A stretch of 64,000 bases of DNA. Origin: the human T2T-CHM13v2.0 reference genome, Homo sapiens. Both the position numbers and the translations under genes were made by a program. Position 1 is the stretch's first letter, and each line of letters begins with the position of its first letter. Below are positions 1-16,290 of the stretch, piece after piece. The notes beneath the pieces are model-generated. The model was not told the origin of the DNA and did no database searches. It saw nothing but the letters and a program-made list of their open reading frames with translations. The stretch lies in the NCBI RefSeq assembly GCF_009914755.1, contig NC_060925.1; one strand, given 5' to 3'.

Positions 1-176
<176 letters not shown>

Positions 177-229
177 CTAAGCTGCCAGATAAAAAGATAA
201 AAGATGAAATTCCACAAAAATGAGGTGCT

Positions 230-1056
230 ATCAAGATGTGGTATATACCTTGAACCAATAATAATATGTTGCTATGTCTTAATAGTTAGAATATCTGGGT
301 CCAGGAATCAAAAGATGAAAGCAGATGTGGCCTCTTTTATCTTCATACCCAGTGATCCATTAGGAACTTTGTGTTTCCTAGTCCTACAATGTTATATTTG
401 GCAGATCTAGGGGTACTGGTTCCCAGGGGTGGGAGTGGGAAGGAAATGCTTTCACTAAGGGACACAGTAAGGATCCACTGAACCTAAAGCTAATCATTTT
501 GGGCTCCTCAATACAGTAGATCAGCAGACACAGAAAGGAGTTTCATTCTGGCAGGAAGTATTGACCTAGACCATCATGAGAAGGTAGAGTTGCTGCTAGC
601 TAAGAGGGGCAATGAAAAGTAAGTCAGAAAGTCTGAGAATTCACTAAAGAGAAGCAGTGCTTTCTTCCCTGAAGCACCTTCTCTTGGTGATGCCATGCCC
701 AGTTTTAACTATGAGTGAGAAAGAACAAGATTCATGGGAGGAACATTCATGGGAGGGACATGATTACCTAACCCTCAGAACGCTCTGGAAAGAATATCTG
801 TGTCGTTTCAACTGGAAAGCAATCTAGATTAGTAGAAATCCTGCCCATGCAGGAAAGGAGTTTAGGATGACTGGTGGAGAAAGGAGTTGATAGGTATGGT
901 CTCAGTTAAACAGTGGGAGCTGTAGCTTATTCCATTAACCATCCTCTTGTAAGTCCTTTTATTTACTTAGAATTTGTAACTAGCCACAAAACCACAGGAT
1001 CAATCAAATAAACTTACATGAGATGGAAGTGGCCCTGAATGGTATAAGGGGTGGAG
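230..1056 (+). mobile_element. Degraded ERV-L (HERV16/ERV3-16A3-like) internal region: end of pol, dUTPase remnant and polypurine tract
   Basis: Frameshifted translation gives IPSDPL, ADLGVLVPRGG, PLNLKL, HFGLL..DQQTQKGV and ILAGSIDLDH, resembling the ERV-L dUTPase (GHFGLL...KKGVTVLAGVIDPDY). ATAAGGGGTGGAG (PPT-like) lies directly before the LTR TG. Confidence 0.8.
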
Positions 1057-1497
1057 TGTAGTTAGTCTTCCATCTGTGTTCCCTTAGATCCCTTAGCCAC
1101 TTTTGTGCACATCGGCTCTCAGTTTGCTTTCATTCCCAGCAGTAAGCACCTATGTATCTTCATTGGAAGACTTCACTTAGGTTTCTAGAAGTCATGTTGC
1201 CTGCACACACATAGCACAGCCAGAAGTACCTGAGAACTGACATGGCCCCAGGGGCAGCACTTAACCAATGACTGATAGATGTGAGGTATAAATACTCCAC
1301 CTCCTTTACTTCATTATTAGAAAAAATCTGAGGTGTGACCTACATTGTCCCCAGAGTTCGCTGCAGAAGTGATATAAAATTCCCTTTAAGGGACTTCGTT
1401 TAATTCCATACCCCCACTCAATCTCCTTCCTTTCCAGTGCCACATTTCCACTTCTCTACTGGTTTTTCCTGGGATTATGTTCTAATGAATTATTTTA
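1057..1497 (+). mobile_element. LTR16-family (ERVL) 3' LTR, 3'-truncated
   Basis: Starts TGTAG right after the PPT; carries GGGGCAGCACTTAACCAATGACTGA, TATAAATA and CTGAGGTGTGACCTACA motifs typical of LTR16A/B. Confidence 0.75.
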
Positions 1498-1664
1498 GAA
1501 AAATATAGTAAATATACTATTAAATATACTACTAATCAAAGCTAATAAAACCAGATATATAAGATATATTTTGGCCAGACATTTTCAAATTTATGTAGAC
1601 TGACAAAGAGCACAAAATATAGCAAAATGTAAAAAGGTGTAGAAAGCACTCTGAGAAATTTTGA

Positions 1665-2060
<396 letters not shown>

Positions 2061-3966
2061 TAGTGTGTTTATCTGCTTCAGTTAATGGTTAGCAAGATCT
2101 GGACAACCAGATCTCAGCAGGGCCTTTATCTCTTAAAAAGATATTTCAAGAGGATTCTAGGAAGATAGTGGAGTAGAAAGCACCAGGAATCTATCATCTC
2201 CACCTAGACAATAATTGCACTAACAGAATCTGTCTGATAACTATATGGAACTCTGGAGTCTACTGAAGGCTTTTAACTTCCAGCAGAAGGTTTAGATAGT
2301 AAATTACAGTTAATTTTAGACAATTTCCACTCTTTGCACAGCAGCAGCTACCTATCCTCCACTCCCAGCCCAATGGCAGACAGCTGTGCACACCTTCCAG
2401 GAGGAGCTTGCACACAGCTTACGGGAGCCAGGTGGGCAAAAAGCACTTTCCCTACAAATATCACTGATTGCTGCTTCTGATAACATAGGTGCAGACAAAG
2501 GGGTAAGTAACCATTGTTATCACATCTCTCCCCATTGTTTGCAACCTCCTACACCATTGGCTGAAGTAACCTATAGGGGATTTAGGAACAGTGCCCTTTC
2601 CCTGATGGCAGATCTGCTAGACAGACTCTAAAACTATCCTAAAATTCTCAAAGAACCAAAGAAAGATGTAAAAAAAAAAAAAAGGCAAGAAAATGATGTC
2701 TGAACAAAGTGAAAATATCCATAAAGAAATGGAAAACCTAACAAGGAAACCAAAAGGAAATTCTGGAGCTGAACAATAGAATAACTAAAATTAAAAATTT
2801 ACCGGAAGTATTCAAAAGCAGAGATGAGCTGGAGAAAAGAAAGAATCTGTGAACTGAAGATAGAATACTGAAAATAAATGTTTCTAAAGAACAGAGACAA
2901 TGAAGATTGAACAATAAACAGAGAGCCTAAGAGACCTGTGGGACACCATCAAGCAGACCAACATATGCAGTATGGGAATTCCAGTAGCATAATAGAGACA
3001 GAATATGGCAGACAGAATATTTGAAGAGATAATGACTGAAAACTTCCAAGATTTGATGGAAGGCAATGAATATAAACATTCAAGAAGCTCAATAAACTCC
3101 AACTAAGATGAACTCAAAGAAACTCACACTGAGACACATTATAATTAAACTTCAGAAAGATAAAGAAGGAATCTTAAAAGCCACAAGAGAGAAGCAACTA
3201 ATCATATATAAGTGATCTTCAATAAGATTATCAGATTTCTCATCAAAAAATTTGCTCACCAGAAGGCATTGGACCAATATATTCAAAGTGCTATAAGAAA
3301 AAACTATCAACCAAGAATTCTGTATCCAATAATCTGTCCTTCAAAAGTCAGGGAGCAATAAAAATATTCACAGACAAACTTGAGCTAAGGGAGTTCATTA
3401 TTATTAGACCTATCCTGCAAGAAATGCTCAAGGGAACTCTTCAGGAGGAAATGAAAGAGCACTAGACAATAACTGAAAGCCATGTAAGATACCTTTAATC
3501 AATAACAATAAATATATGGGCAATTGTAAAAGCTAGTATCATTTTAACAATAGTTTGTAACCCCACTTTTTGTTCTCTATATGACTTAAGAGACCAACAC
3601 ATTTTTCAAACAATTGTAAGTCTAAAAGCTAGTATTACTGTAACATTGGTTTGTAAGTCTATATTTTGTTTTTTACATAATGTTAGAGATGAATATACTT
3701 CAAAAAATTATTAGCTTATATTTTCTATTTTTATGCTACAATGTATGAAATGTAATTTTATGACATCAACAATCAAAACGCTTGAAGATAAAGCTGTAAA
3801 GTAGCAGAGCTTTTGCTTATTAATGAAATTAAGCTGTATAAATTCAAATTAAAATGTTATAACTTTAGGATGTGAAATGTAATACCCATAATAACCACAA
3901 ATAAAACAACTATATAATATACCCCCAAAAAAAAGAAAATAAGAAATTAATTTAAATGTCTCACTA

Positions 3967-4269
3967 GGACAGGTGCAGTGGCACATGCCAATAACATACC
4001 ATTAGTTTGGAGGGCCAAGGTGGAAGGATCATTTGAGTCCAAGAGTTCAAGACAAGCCTGGGCAATACAGCAAGGCCCTGTCACTACATATATATGTATT
4101 TAATTAGCCAGGTGTGGTGGCATGCACCTGTAGTCCTAGCTACTTGGGAGGCTGAGGTGGAAGGATCAGTTGAGCTTAGGAGTTCAAGGCTGCAGTGAGC
4201 TATCATCACACCACCACACCCCAGCCTAGGTAACAAAGCATGACTCTGTCTCGAAAAATAAAAAATAAA
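3967..4269 (+). mobile_element. AluJ-like inside L1MB
   Basis: Dimeric Alu with J diagnostics (GGATCATTTGAG, AGGCTGCAGTGAGCTAT), A-rich tail, CTCACTA on both sides. Confidence 0.93.
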
Positions 4270-4641
4270 CTCACTATTAAAAATCAACTACACACAAAAG
4301 AAAACAGAAATGTGAAAAATGAGGGGCGAAAAAAGCTATAAGGCATATGGGAAGCAAATAGCAAGATAGCATAAGTTCCTCCTTATTATGAACTACTTTA
4401 AATTTAAATGAATTAAAGTCTCCATGAAAGGACAGAGAATGGCAGAATGAAAAAATAACCATTATCCACCTATATACTGTCTACAAGACTTAACTGAGAT
4501 CCAAAGACACAAATAAATTAAAAGTGAAAGGATGGATTACAATATTCCTTGCAAATAGTAACTGCTATGTTTGAATGTCCTCTCCAAAAACTCATGTTTA
4601 AATTTAATTGGCATTGTGATGGTATTAAGATGTGGGGCCTT

Positions 4642-6737
<2,096 letters not shown>

Positions 6738-6795
6738 AAGAAGTGGGACCTTTAAGAAGTGATTAGGTCATAAGGGCTCATGAATAGAGTAATTA

Positions 6796-6958
6796 GAAAA
6801 GAAGATTTTGAACATTCTCACAGCAAAACAAAGTTTAAGATGATAGGTATGTTAATTATCATGATTTGATCATTATATCATATATACATGTATCAAAACA
6901 TCACATTGTACCCCATAAATATGAACAATTGTATGCCAGTGAAAATATTTTTTAAAAG
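6796..6958 (+). mobile_element. L1MA-type 3' end fragment
   Basis: GATTTGATCATTAT...CATGTATCAAAACATCACATTGTACCCCATAAATATG. Confidence 0.8.
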
Positions 6959-6959
6959 T

Positions 6960-7279
6960 TGATACAGCTTCATCTAGTTTTCTCAATCAGAACATATGTC
7001 TTTGGAGCATATGTATAGTTGCTCTGAAACCAACATGCTGCAGAGACCACATGAAGGTAAATAGAGAGTCAGAGGAGCCCTAGCTGTTTCAACCCCCAGC
7101 ACTTTGAAGTTTCCTGGTCCCAGTGCCAAACATGTGAATGAAGAAGCCCTCAAGATGATTCCAGCATTATCCCTGTCTCATGGCAGCCCGGTGAGATCCT
7201 CTGAGTGGGAACCACCTAGCTGAACCCAATCACCAAAATCATAAGAGATAACAATAATAAATGATTATTGTTTCACACT
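6960..7279 (+). mobile_element. MLT1 (F/G/H-like) LTR fragment
   Basis: CATGTGAATGAAGAAGCC...GATGATTCCAGC...AACCACCTAGCTGAACCCA...AATAAATGATTATTGTTT. Confidence 0.65.
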
Positions 7280-7510
7280 CAAAAATAAGAAAATTACAAA
7301 ATTCTGTGTATCAAAAGATACTATCAGCAGTGAAAAGGCAACCCACAGAATGGGAGAAAATATTTGCAAACCATGTATCTGGATATAAGTGTCCAGGATA
7401 TGTAGAGAATGCCTAAATACACAAAAAAATAAAAATGGACAAAGTACTTAAATAGACATTTCTTCAAAGAAGATATATAAATGGCCAATAAGCAAAGAAA
7501 AGATGCTCAA

Positions 7511-7904
7511 TGATATGGTTTGGTTCTGTGTCCCCACCCAAATCTCATGTTGAATTGTAACCTCCAATATTGGGGGAGGAACCTGGTGGGGGGTGGTTGG
7601 ATCATGGGGGTGGACTTCACCCTTGCTGTACTCATGACAGTGAACGAGTTCTCACAAGATCTGGTTGTTAGAAAGTGTGTAGCACTTCCTCTTTCACTCT
7701 CTCTCTCTCTCTCTCTCCTGCTGCCACATGAAGATGTGTGTGCTTTCCCTTTACCATTTTGCCATGATTGTAAATTTCCTGAGTCTTTCTCAGCCATGCC
7801 TTCTGTACAGCCTGTGGAACTGTGAGTCAATTAAACCTCTTTTGTTTATAAATTACTACAGTCTCAGGTAGTCCTTTATAGCAGTGTGAGAATGAACTAG
7901 TACA
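7511..7904 (+). mobile_element. MSTA-like MaLR solo LTR
   Basis: TGATATGGTTTGG...GAACTAGTACA with perfect 5-bp TSD CTCAA (7506-7510, 7905-7909). Confidence 0.93.
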
Positions 7905-8072
7905 CTCAACATCACTAATCATTAGGGAAATTCAAATCAAAACTACAATGAGACACCACATCACACCAATTAGGATAGCTACTATCAAAAGAATATAGAA
8001 AATTACATGTGAGGATGTGGAGTAATTGGAACCCCTGTGCACTGGTGGTGGAAATGTAAAATGGTACATCCA

Positions 8073-8444
8073 TGTATTAGTCTGCTCCCACACTGCTATA
8101 AAGATACTACCTGAGACTGGGTACTTTATAAAGGAAAAAGGTTTAATTGATTCACAGTTCCATCTGGTGGGAGGAGATCTCAGGAAACTTACAATCATGG
8201 TAGAAGGCTAAAGGGAAGCAGGCACCTTCTTTAAAAGGCAGCAGGAGAGACAGAGAGTGAAGGGGGAACTGCCAAACACTTTTAAAACTATCGGCTCTCA
8301 TAAGAATTCCCTCACTATCAAGAGAACAGCATGGGGGAAACTGCCCCCATGATCCAGTTACCTCCCACCAGGTCCCTCCCTCAACATATGGAAATTACAA
8401 TTCAAGATGAGATTTGGGTGGGGACACAGACCCAAACCACATCA
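8073..8444 (-). mobile_element. THE1D/MSTA-like MaLR solo LTR
   Basis: TGTATTAGTC...GGGACACAGACCCAAACCACATCA; TSD ATCCA/AACCA. Confidence 0.92.
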
Positions 8445-8777
8445 AACCACTATAGAAAACAGTATGGTGGTTCTTCAAAAAACTTAAAATAGAATTCATT
8501 GCTGAATCATATGATTCAGCAATTCCACTTCTGGGTATATACCCAAAAGAATCGAAAGCTGGGTCTTAAAAAGATATTTGTACATCTGTATTTGTAACAG
8601 TATTATTCACAATCGCCAAAAGATAAAAGGCCACTCAAGTGACCATTGATGATGAGCAGATTAAGCAAACTATGGCGTACATATACATGCAATGGAATAT
8701 TATTCATCCTGAAAAAGGAAGAAAATTCTGACATATTCTACAATACAGATAAACTTTGAGGATATCATGCTAAGTGA

Positions 8778-9117
<340 letters not shown>

Positions 9118-11020
9118 CTCCACTTATATAAGGTACTTAGAGTTATCAAAATCATAGAGACAGAAAGTAGAATGGTGATTGCATGGGCAGAAGGAAGAGT
9201 AAATGGGAAGTTGTTTAATGAGTACAGAATTTCAGTTTTGCAAGATGAAAAAGTTCTGGAGTTGGATGGTAGTGATAGTTGTGCAACATTATGAAAGTAT
9301 TTGATACATCTGAACGAAACACTTAAAAATGGTTAAGACGGTAAATTTCATGTTGTGTGTATTTTACCACAATAAAAAAAATGGGGAAAAAAGATATTAG
9401 AGTGAGTAAAAGTCCAGCTTCTACTGAAGTTATTTCCATTCTGTATGTCATTGAAATAGGCATCAAAGTCACTCCAAGATGAAATGAATACAGCCACTAT
9501 ACAAGGTCAATCTCTTCCTTTTTAGCTTTGACTCAGAGAGACCCCTTGCTATTACTGCTGTCAACTTCATATTCTCATTGTCACCCTCTTGACAGCATTG
9601 TCATTCAGATGTCCCAGGTCATATCAGGTAAGGCTAAAGCAATCAGAGCAGACAGATTTCTATTCAGGGCTATTTGGAACTGTCTTGTTACCTGAAAGAT
9701 TCTCCTAATTCATGTGACAACTGGTGACCCACCTTACTCATCGTCAGAGAAATATATAACTTTTTTCTCTCTCCCTCTCCAATCCTCTCCCCACCCCACT
9801 TAGTGTTAGGGATGGATTTGCACTGAGTCATACATACTCTCTTCTTTAGGAGTACAAATATGGGCAGCGTTGGTCCTTGAGTATACAGTCTAGGGAAAAG
9901 ACATATATTAAACAACTAATTATGTAGATAACCATATAATTATTATTCTGATAAAAGATACAAGAGAGGATTACCAGAGTCCTATGAGATCATATAACTA
10001 CAGGACTTTCTATCCTTGCTGTCTTCCAGAGATTGAGAGGTTGCTTAACTGAGGAAGGGGCATTTAAATTACAACCTAGAAGATGAAAACCAGGGAGAAT
10101 GCAGTGTCATGAGCAAAGGGGGTGATGATGGGCAATGAGGCCAGGGAGAGACAAGTCCAGATGATCCTGCTGTTTGTTGTTACCTCACGAGTTAGATTCT
10201 CCTGCATACTGAACATCAGGAGTTTAGATCTGTTATAGTACAAATGATTTTCATTTGCAAATTCTATAATGAAACGCATAGGACAGAGAGCAATGTGAAA
10301 AATTCCCAGGATGTTTCAAACTTCTTCAAAAGTGCTTTTATCTTCTATCCTATACAGGTGGAGGCATTTTATCCAATACAGGTGAGGACATTTTTCCTTT
10401 CAACCAAGGCAATGTCTAACATTGCTCCAAAGAGTCAAAGCCCCATATGCCAAAGCCAGAATAGGTAATATGCACGTTCAGGCAACAATAAAATAGAAAA
10501 CTAACTCCCCAATTGGAGTGTTCACTTATTGCTTGCATACTTGTTCAAAATGTAGCCAATTTATCTCTACAGACTTTTTTGTTAAATAATAGGAGGCTTC
10601 AGGTTAGATTCATTCATTATAGTCCTCAAAGTTAATCTCGGAGTGGAAAACTTAAAAGAGAAAGCTTCTGCTATAAGAAATCCAAATGAAATACCTAAAA
10701 GGAAAACTTTCTGAAAATTACTATGTTGAGTAGAAACTGTTAAATATACAATATGTTAGAAAAGAATAAAAACTGATCAGTCCAGTGGGCACAACAATAA
10801 CTTTGGAACCAAAGAGAAGCTGGCGACCATGTGAAATCATCAAGTATACAATGCTCACCTGCAGGTACCCTCAGAATTGCTCCTATGAGACCAGAGCCAC
10901 TGGCTGACCCGCACTTCACCCCTATGGTTCCTGTGACACAACCCCTCCACTTGTCTTATTGAAATCAGAACATTCTTATCCAGAGGAGGAAAGGGTGTGG
11001 CAGCAAAATTGTGTGGTCCA

Positions 11021-11326
11021 GATCTGGCTGTGGTGGCTCATGTCTGTAATCCTGGTAACTCAGGAGGCTGAGGAAGGAGAATTGCTGTGGCCAGGAGTTC
11101 AAGACCAGCCTGGGCAACACAGTAAGACCTCCAACACTACAAAAAAATATATATATTTTTAAATTAGCTAGGCATGGTGGCATATGCCTGTAGTCCTTGA
11201 TATTTGGGAAGCTGAGGTGGGAGTATCTCATGAGCCCAGCAGTTTGAGGTTACAGTGAGCTATGACTGTGCCACTGCACTGCAGCCTGGGAAACAGTAAA
11301 ATCCTGTCTCTAAAAATATAATAAAA
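11021..11326 (+). mobile_element. AluJ-like
   Basis: Diverged dimer, AGGAGTTCAAGACCAGCCTGGGCAACACAG, short A-rich tail. Confidence 0.9.
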
Positions 11327-11329
11327 TTT

Positions 11330-11655
<326 letters not shown>

Positions 11656-12149
11656 CTAAATTTGCAAGTGGTGATCACCTGTAACAGGGTCCTGTTGAAA
11701 TAGGAAGGTCATCGGTGATGAAGGGCAGAGACGCCCCAAATGGAAAAATCTCTTTAAGCTCTGTGTAGCTTGGTAAATATAGTATTAGGATAATCGGTTT
11801 GCAGGAGACATCCTAAAATTAGAAGTCTGAGATATCTGGATAAACATCCTAAACAGCAGGCAATGTCCCCATAATATCAGAACTCATTTCCTTGGTTTAA
11901 GTGGCTTTTTAAATCCAGAATTTAGGAAGTGAAGGAGCAGGAGCTATCTCAAGGTAAGCCATAGCTTCCTTGGAGAAGTATGGAGAAAAGGTGGCAACTG
12001 CAATATCACAATGAGCTCCAATAGGCTCAGAGACCAAAAATAAATGCAAATAAGGATCATCCCCGTGACTTTTAACTTAGAGAGAAATCTATTATTTCAA
12101 CTAGGATTGAACAAGAAATGTGACACAGTTTTTGTTTGATTTTCTAAAA

Positions 12150-12735
12150 TACAAATAGCTCTTTTTCTTATTTTAAAAATGAGGCACAGTCACTATGGAG
12201 CCACTTAAATGTAAAGCCTAAAGAAGAAAATTAAATAGTGATAACCACACTCAGTTTTGGAGGAACATCCTTCCAGACATTTTGCCATGTAAAGTTACCC
12301 ACCCATATATGCACACACACACATATGCAGACCACAAGAACATGCATAATACATACTTACACAGGCACACATATGCATGTACTTTAAATAAGTGGGCTCA
12401 TAATAGGGTATTTTATTTTGTCAGTATTATAAGATATAGAAATAGACACAGATAAAGATATACAGACATTTACCATCAAGTTCTTTAAATCATAAATAGA
12501 AAAACATGTAATACAATATGTATATTTTATTCCATTATCTGTATTTACTACAATTTAGCCAATCCCCAAACAGTGGTAGAACCAGTTTTGTTCTTTTTAC
12601 ATTTTAAACACTCTCCTTAGACATGATCTTTGCATACTTACCTAAATATGCTCTCAGGAAAGCTCCTAAAAGCGGAATTGCTGGGTTAAAGGGTAGCCCA
12701 ATATTTTTAAATCTTGGTACATATTGCTAAACTGG
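12150..12735 (-). mobile_element. Old L1ME-like 3' fragment
   Basis: TCCTAAAAGCGGAATTGCTGGGTTAAAGGGTA...ATATTGCTAAACTG, an antisense L1ME motif. Confidence 0.6.
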
Positions 12736-13085
12736 AGATGATCTGGCACCAAGGGAGCCTGTTGTCCTTGCACTTTCCCTCTCAACCTGAAGCCCTGCAT
12801 CTTGGCTTAGCTGTGGTCTGTCCTTACACAGACAGCACAGGCATGTCTGAGTTTCCAGCTGTTTCCCTGCTTTGAGGGGAGCAGGTCTCTCTGGAGAGAA
12901 GGCAGAAAGCCCCATGCCCCCTTCAGCCCCTGCTGCTCCACGATGGAGAAGGGGCCTAAGCAGGAACACCTGTCTCTCCTGCAATGACTGATGACACCAC
13001 TTTCCACACTGGAGACCTGCAATGGGCCTGTCACAAGTGTCACCACTGAACCCTGCACAGGTCTTATGTCCATGTTAGTGGAGTG

Positions 13086-13388
13086 GGCTAGGCGCAGTGG
13101 CTCACACCTGTAATCCCAGCACTTTGGGAGGCCAAGGTAGGAGGATCACTTGAGCCCAGGAGTTCAAGACAAGCCTGGGAAACATAGCAATACCCCATCT
13201 CTACAAAAAACAATTTTTTTAATTAGCTGGGCATGATGGCGTATGCTTCTGGTCCCGGCTACTTGGGAAGCTGAAGTGGGAGAATCTCTTGAGCCCAGGA
13301 AGTCAAGGCTGCAGTGAGCCATGATCATGCACTGTACTCCGGCCTGGGCAATACAGCAAGACTTTGTCTCAAAAAAAATAAAATAAAA
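13086..13388 (+). mobile_element. AluJ-like
   Basis: Full dimer, GGATCACTTGAGCCCAGGAG, AGGCTGCAGTGAGCCATGATC, A-tail. Confidence 0.95.
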
Positions 13389-13478
13389 TGACACCAGAAG
13401 TTAGTGGAGCTGGATGAAGACTCCAGGTGAAAACCTACAGTATTAGGTCCGGGGTTACCCTCTGGATTTGGTGCAGAT

Positions 13479-13712
13479 CATTGGTCCTCAACTGGAAGAG
13501 GAGGAGATTTTGCTCCCCTGCCCCTACCCCCGGGAACATCTGGCAATGTCTAGAGATGTTTCAGGTTGTCACAATTGTTGGGGAGACGCTACTGGTATCT
13601 GGTGAGTTGAGGCCAGAGATGCTGCTAAACATCCTACATTGCACACAACAGTTCCCACAACCAAGAATTATCTGACCCAAAATGTCTACAGTACTGAAGT
13701 TGAGAAACACTG
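13479..13712. mobile_element. MER20 (hAT-Charlie MITE)
   Basis: CATTGGTCCTCAAC...GATGCTGCTAAACATCCTAC...GTTGAGAAACACTG; degraded 8-bp TSD GTGCAGAT/TTGTAGAT. Confidence 0.88.
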
Positions 13713-15107
13713 TTGTAGATAATGTATTCTCTATTTTTGGTTGTATTTGTTTATTTCACTGAATTTCAGGGAAAGAAGATCTGAAAATTGGCAAATACTT
13801 GAAACTCTCATATATGGGTATTTTTTTTAAATAAAAACCATATTTTATCATTTAATCTTTGAATGCTTCTCCCACTCTCTGTCTCTCCTCCTTACCCAGA
13901 ATCCAAGAACAACAAGCCCTCTGTTTTCCCAGAATTCAAACCTGCTCTACCTGCTTTGAAACCCAAATGGCACTGACACAGATAAGCCTAATTAGAACTT
14001 TCCCTCTGTCCTTTGTTTTAAATTAACATATAGAACTAGCAGAACATGAAGTCTTGTTCCTTCCTTTCCTGCTGTAGGGTGATTTTTATCTCATTCATAT
14101 CATTTTAATAGTCATCTATCCCAACAGACATCACTTGATGTGATAACAATCTCCTTTAGCTTGAAGGGGGAAAGGGAAAAGGGGGGTTTTCTTTCCAAGG
14201 GGAGTAGCTTTACTTTAAGTGAGAGTTCCAATATTCTACATGCTAACCCCCTCTCTTCACCACCCTTTACATATATCAAGAGCAGGATCTAAGTCATTTG
14301 GAAGCATTTGAGCCAGTTCATTGGAAATGCCCCCATTGGTAAGATGACTATCTAGGAATAATCCATAATTTATTCAGACTTGGACCCATTCCAGTCCTTC
14401 CATGGGGTCTGTCACCTCAATAAGCACTCAATCAGTGTTACTGGCTGACCAAAAACAGAGTCTCCCAGAAGAGAAAAGCAACAAGGCATGAGTGAGAATT
14501 CTGAAGTAAACAAGGACGGCTTCTATAATAACAGAGTCTCTGTAATGTTTCCCTGCTGCATTGGAGTGGCATTCAGGAAGCATTAAAATGTTCTATAGTT
14601 CATAGAAGGGAACTTTATTGCAACACTAAATTGAGTTCACAGCCCACAGGTAAGCACACATATACACATACCCAAACCTGGCCCCTTGTGGAAAAGCAGC
14701 CATGCTTAACTTACTTCCCTGTCACCAAAATGATTCATCCATACCAGAGAGAGGTAATAGCCAAATTCTATCCAGGCTCAGGACAAGAAATGCCTTTTTT
14801 TTACCTTGTGCATCAAGGTAAAAACTATTGCATGTGGAGCAAAGCTGAGGATGGCAGCACAAAGGCAACAGAAGTTGACTCACATTGGTGATGTGGGAAA
14901 TAGACTGAGTCAAAAAAGAAGCATCTCTTGAGGAATATAACAGCCAGAAAGCCTCTATCTTTCCACACAGTGGCATGGGGTCTTTAGGATAAAAAGCATG
15001 CATCAGTCTCTCTTACAATGCCAAACCCAGTTTTGCAACAGGTTAAAAGTATTATTGAAAGAATTGTTCATATAATAAAGGCCCATGTAACTTGCTATCA
15101 CCTAGAT

Positions 15108-15265
15108 CCTTGCTACTCATAATATGGTCTGCAGACCACTAGCAGCAGCATTCCAGAGCTTATTAGAAATGCAGACTTGGGCCCCTCCCCATATCTAAAC
15201 ACAGAATCTAAATTCTAATAAGGTCTCAGGTGATTTATGCACTTATTAAAATTTAATAAGCACTG
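15108..15265. mobile_element. MER5A-like
   Basis: TGCTACTCA...GAGCTTATTAGAAATGCAGA...CAGGTGATTTATGCAC...AAGCACTG. Confidence 0.8.
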
Positions 15266-16071
15266 TTGTAAACAAACTCCTCAACAAAATACAGAAACCC
15301 TGTCCCAAGATAGCTAAGGATCTATCCAATCAATCAATCAACAAAATATTGCCTGATAGCCTGCTCTGTGCATGATGTCAACAGAGTGGCCAAAGTGTCA
15401 TCCAAACACAAAACCATGAGTGCAAAATAACATCAATAGAATGATGGTTTGGCAATACTTCCTCTAGAAGGCTCTGGGAGCAATACAGAGGGACAAATGA
15501 GAGAGGAAACTTTGGCCGTGATAGGATTTTTCTTGAAAGAAGTCCTGGGAGTCCGAAAGTGTATTGGTACAATGATTATTCCTCCAGCTTCTGTAGACTT
15601 TGCCAAGGTGCTTCTCCTGATAAGTGAGCAGGGAGATCTGAATGAAGATGTTAAATTAGAAATAACAGGAAATAAGCAAGCTGTGCACTAGAGTGGAGCA
15701 AAAACAGGTGAAAACAAGAGGCACAGGCCTGTCCCTAGCAATAACTTTAATAACTAATCTCTGTGCTGCTAGAGGCAATCTTCGTCAGCAGTCATGAGTG
15801 AGTGGATGGATGGCTTGTGGCCACTGTGACTCTGTGCTCCAGCTTGGGAGCTGCAACTATAATTGCCTGTTGGGGCTTAGTCTCAAAGTAAAAGAAAGGA
15901 GCATCCTGAAGGGAACACAAACTTGTCCTCTAGCTTCTGTTTGGGTTCAGCAATGCCAAGCAGACAGTTGGGAGGACAGACTAAGAGAGACACAGGGTTA
16001 TTTCCTTCCTCCTCCTCCTCACCATCCCCACCCATTGCTCTAGGTCTGAAATCAGTTTCATCTCTTTATGA

Positions 16072-16290
16072 CAATGGTTCTCAACCAGGCGTGAATTGGC
16101 CCTGTTACCTGGGGACAGTTGGCAACGTGTGAAGATATTTTGGGCTATCATGGCTAGATGGCTGTGTGCTACTGGCATGTTGTAGGGAGAAGCCAGGAAT
16201 GCTGCTAAAGATCCTACAATGCACAGATAGGATAGTCCCCACAGCAAAGAATTACCTGACCCAAAATGTCACCAAGGTTGAGAAATTCCA
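16072..16290. mobile_element. MER20
   Basis: CAATGGTTCTCAACC...GAATGCTGCTAAAGATCCTACAATGCACAG...GGTTGAGAAA; TSD-like CTTTATGA/CTCTCTGA. Confidence 0.88.

Noticed and set aside
10344-10394. Two ~24-bp imperfect tandem units (TATCC.ATACAGGTG), and similar micro-duplications at 730-760, 18674-18719 and 51401-51430
   Set aside because: Ordinary short slippage duplications with no further structure.
13074-13409. Possible 3' transduction by an Alu (TGACACCAGAA between tail and GTTAGTGGAG repeat)
   Set aside because: Only ~11 nt and no second poly-A; decay of an old AluJ tail or TSD explains it.
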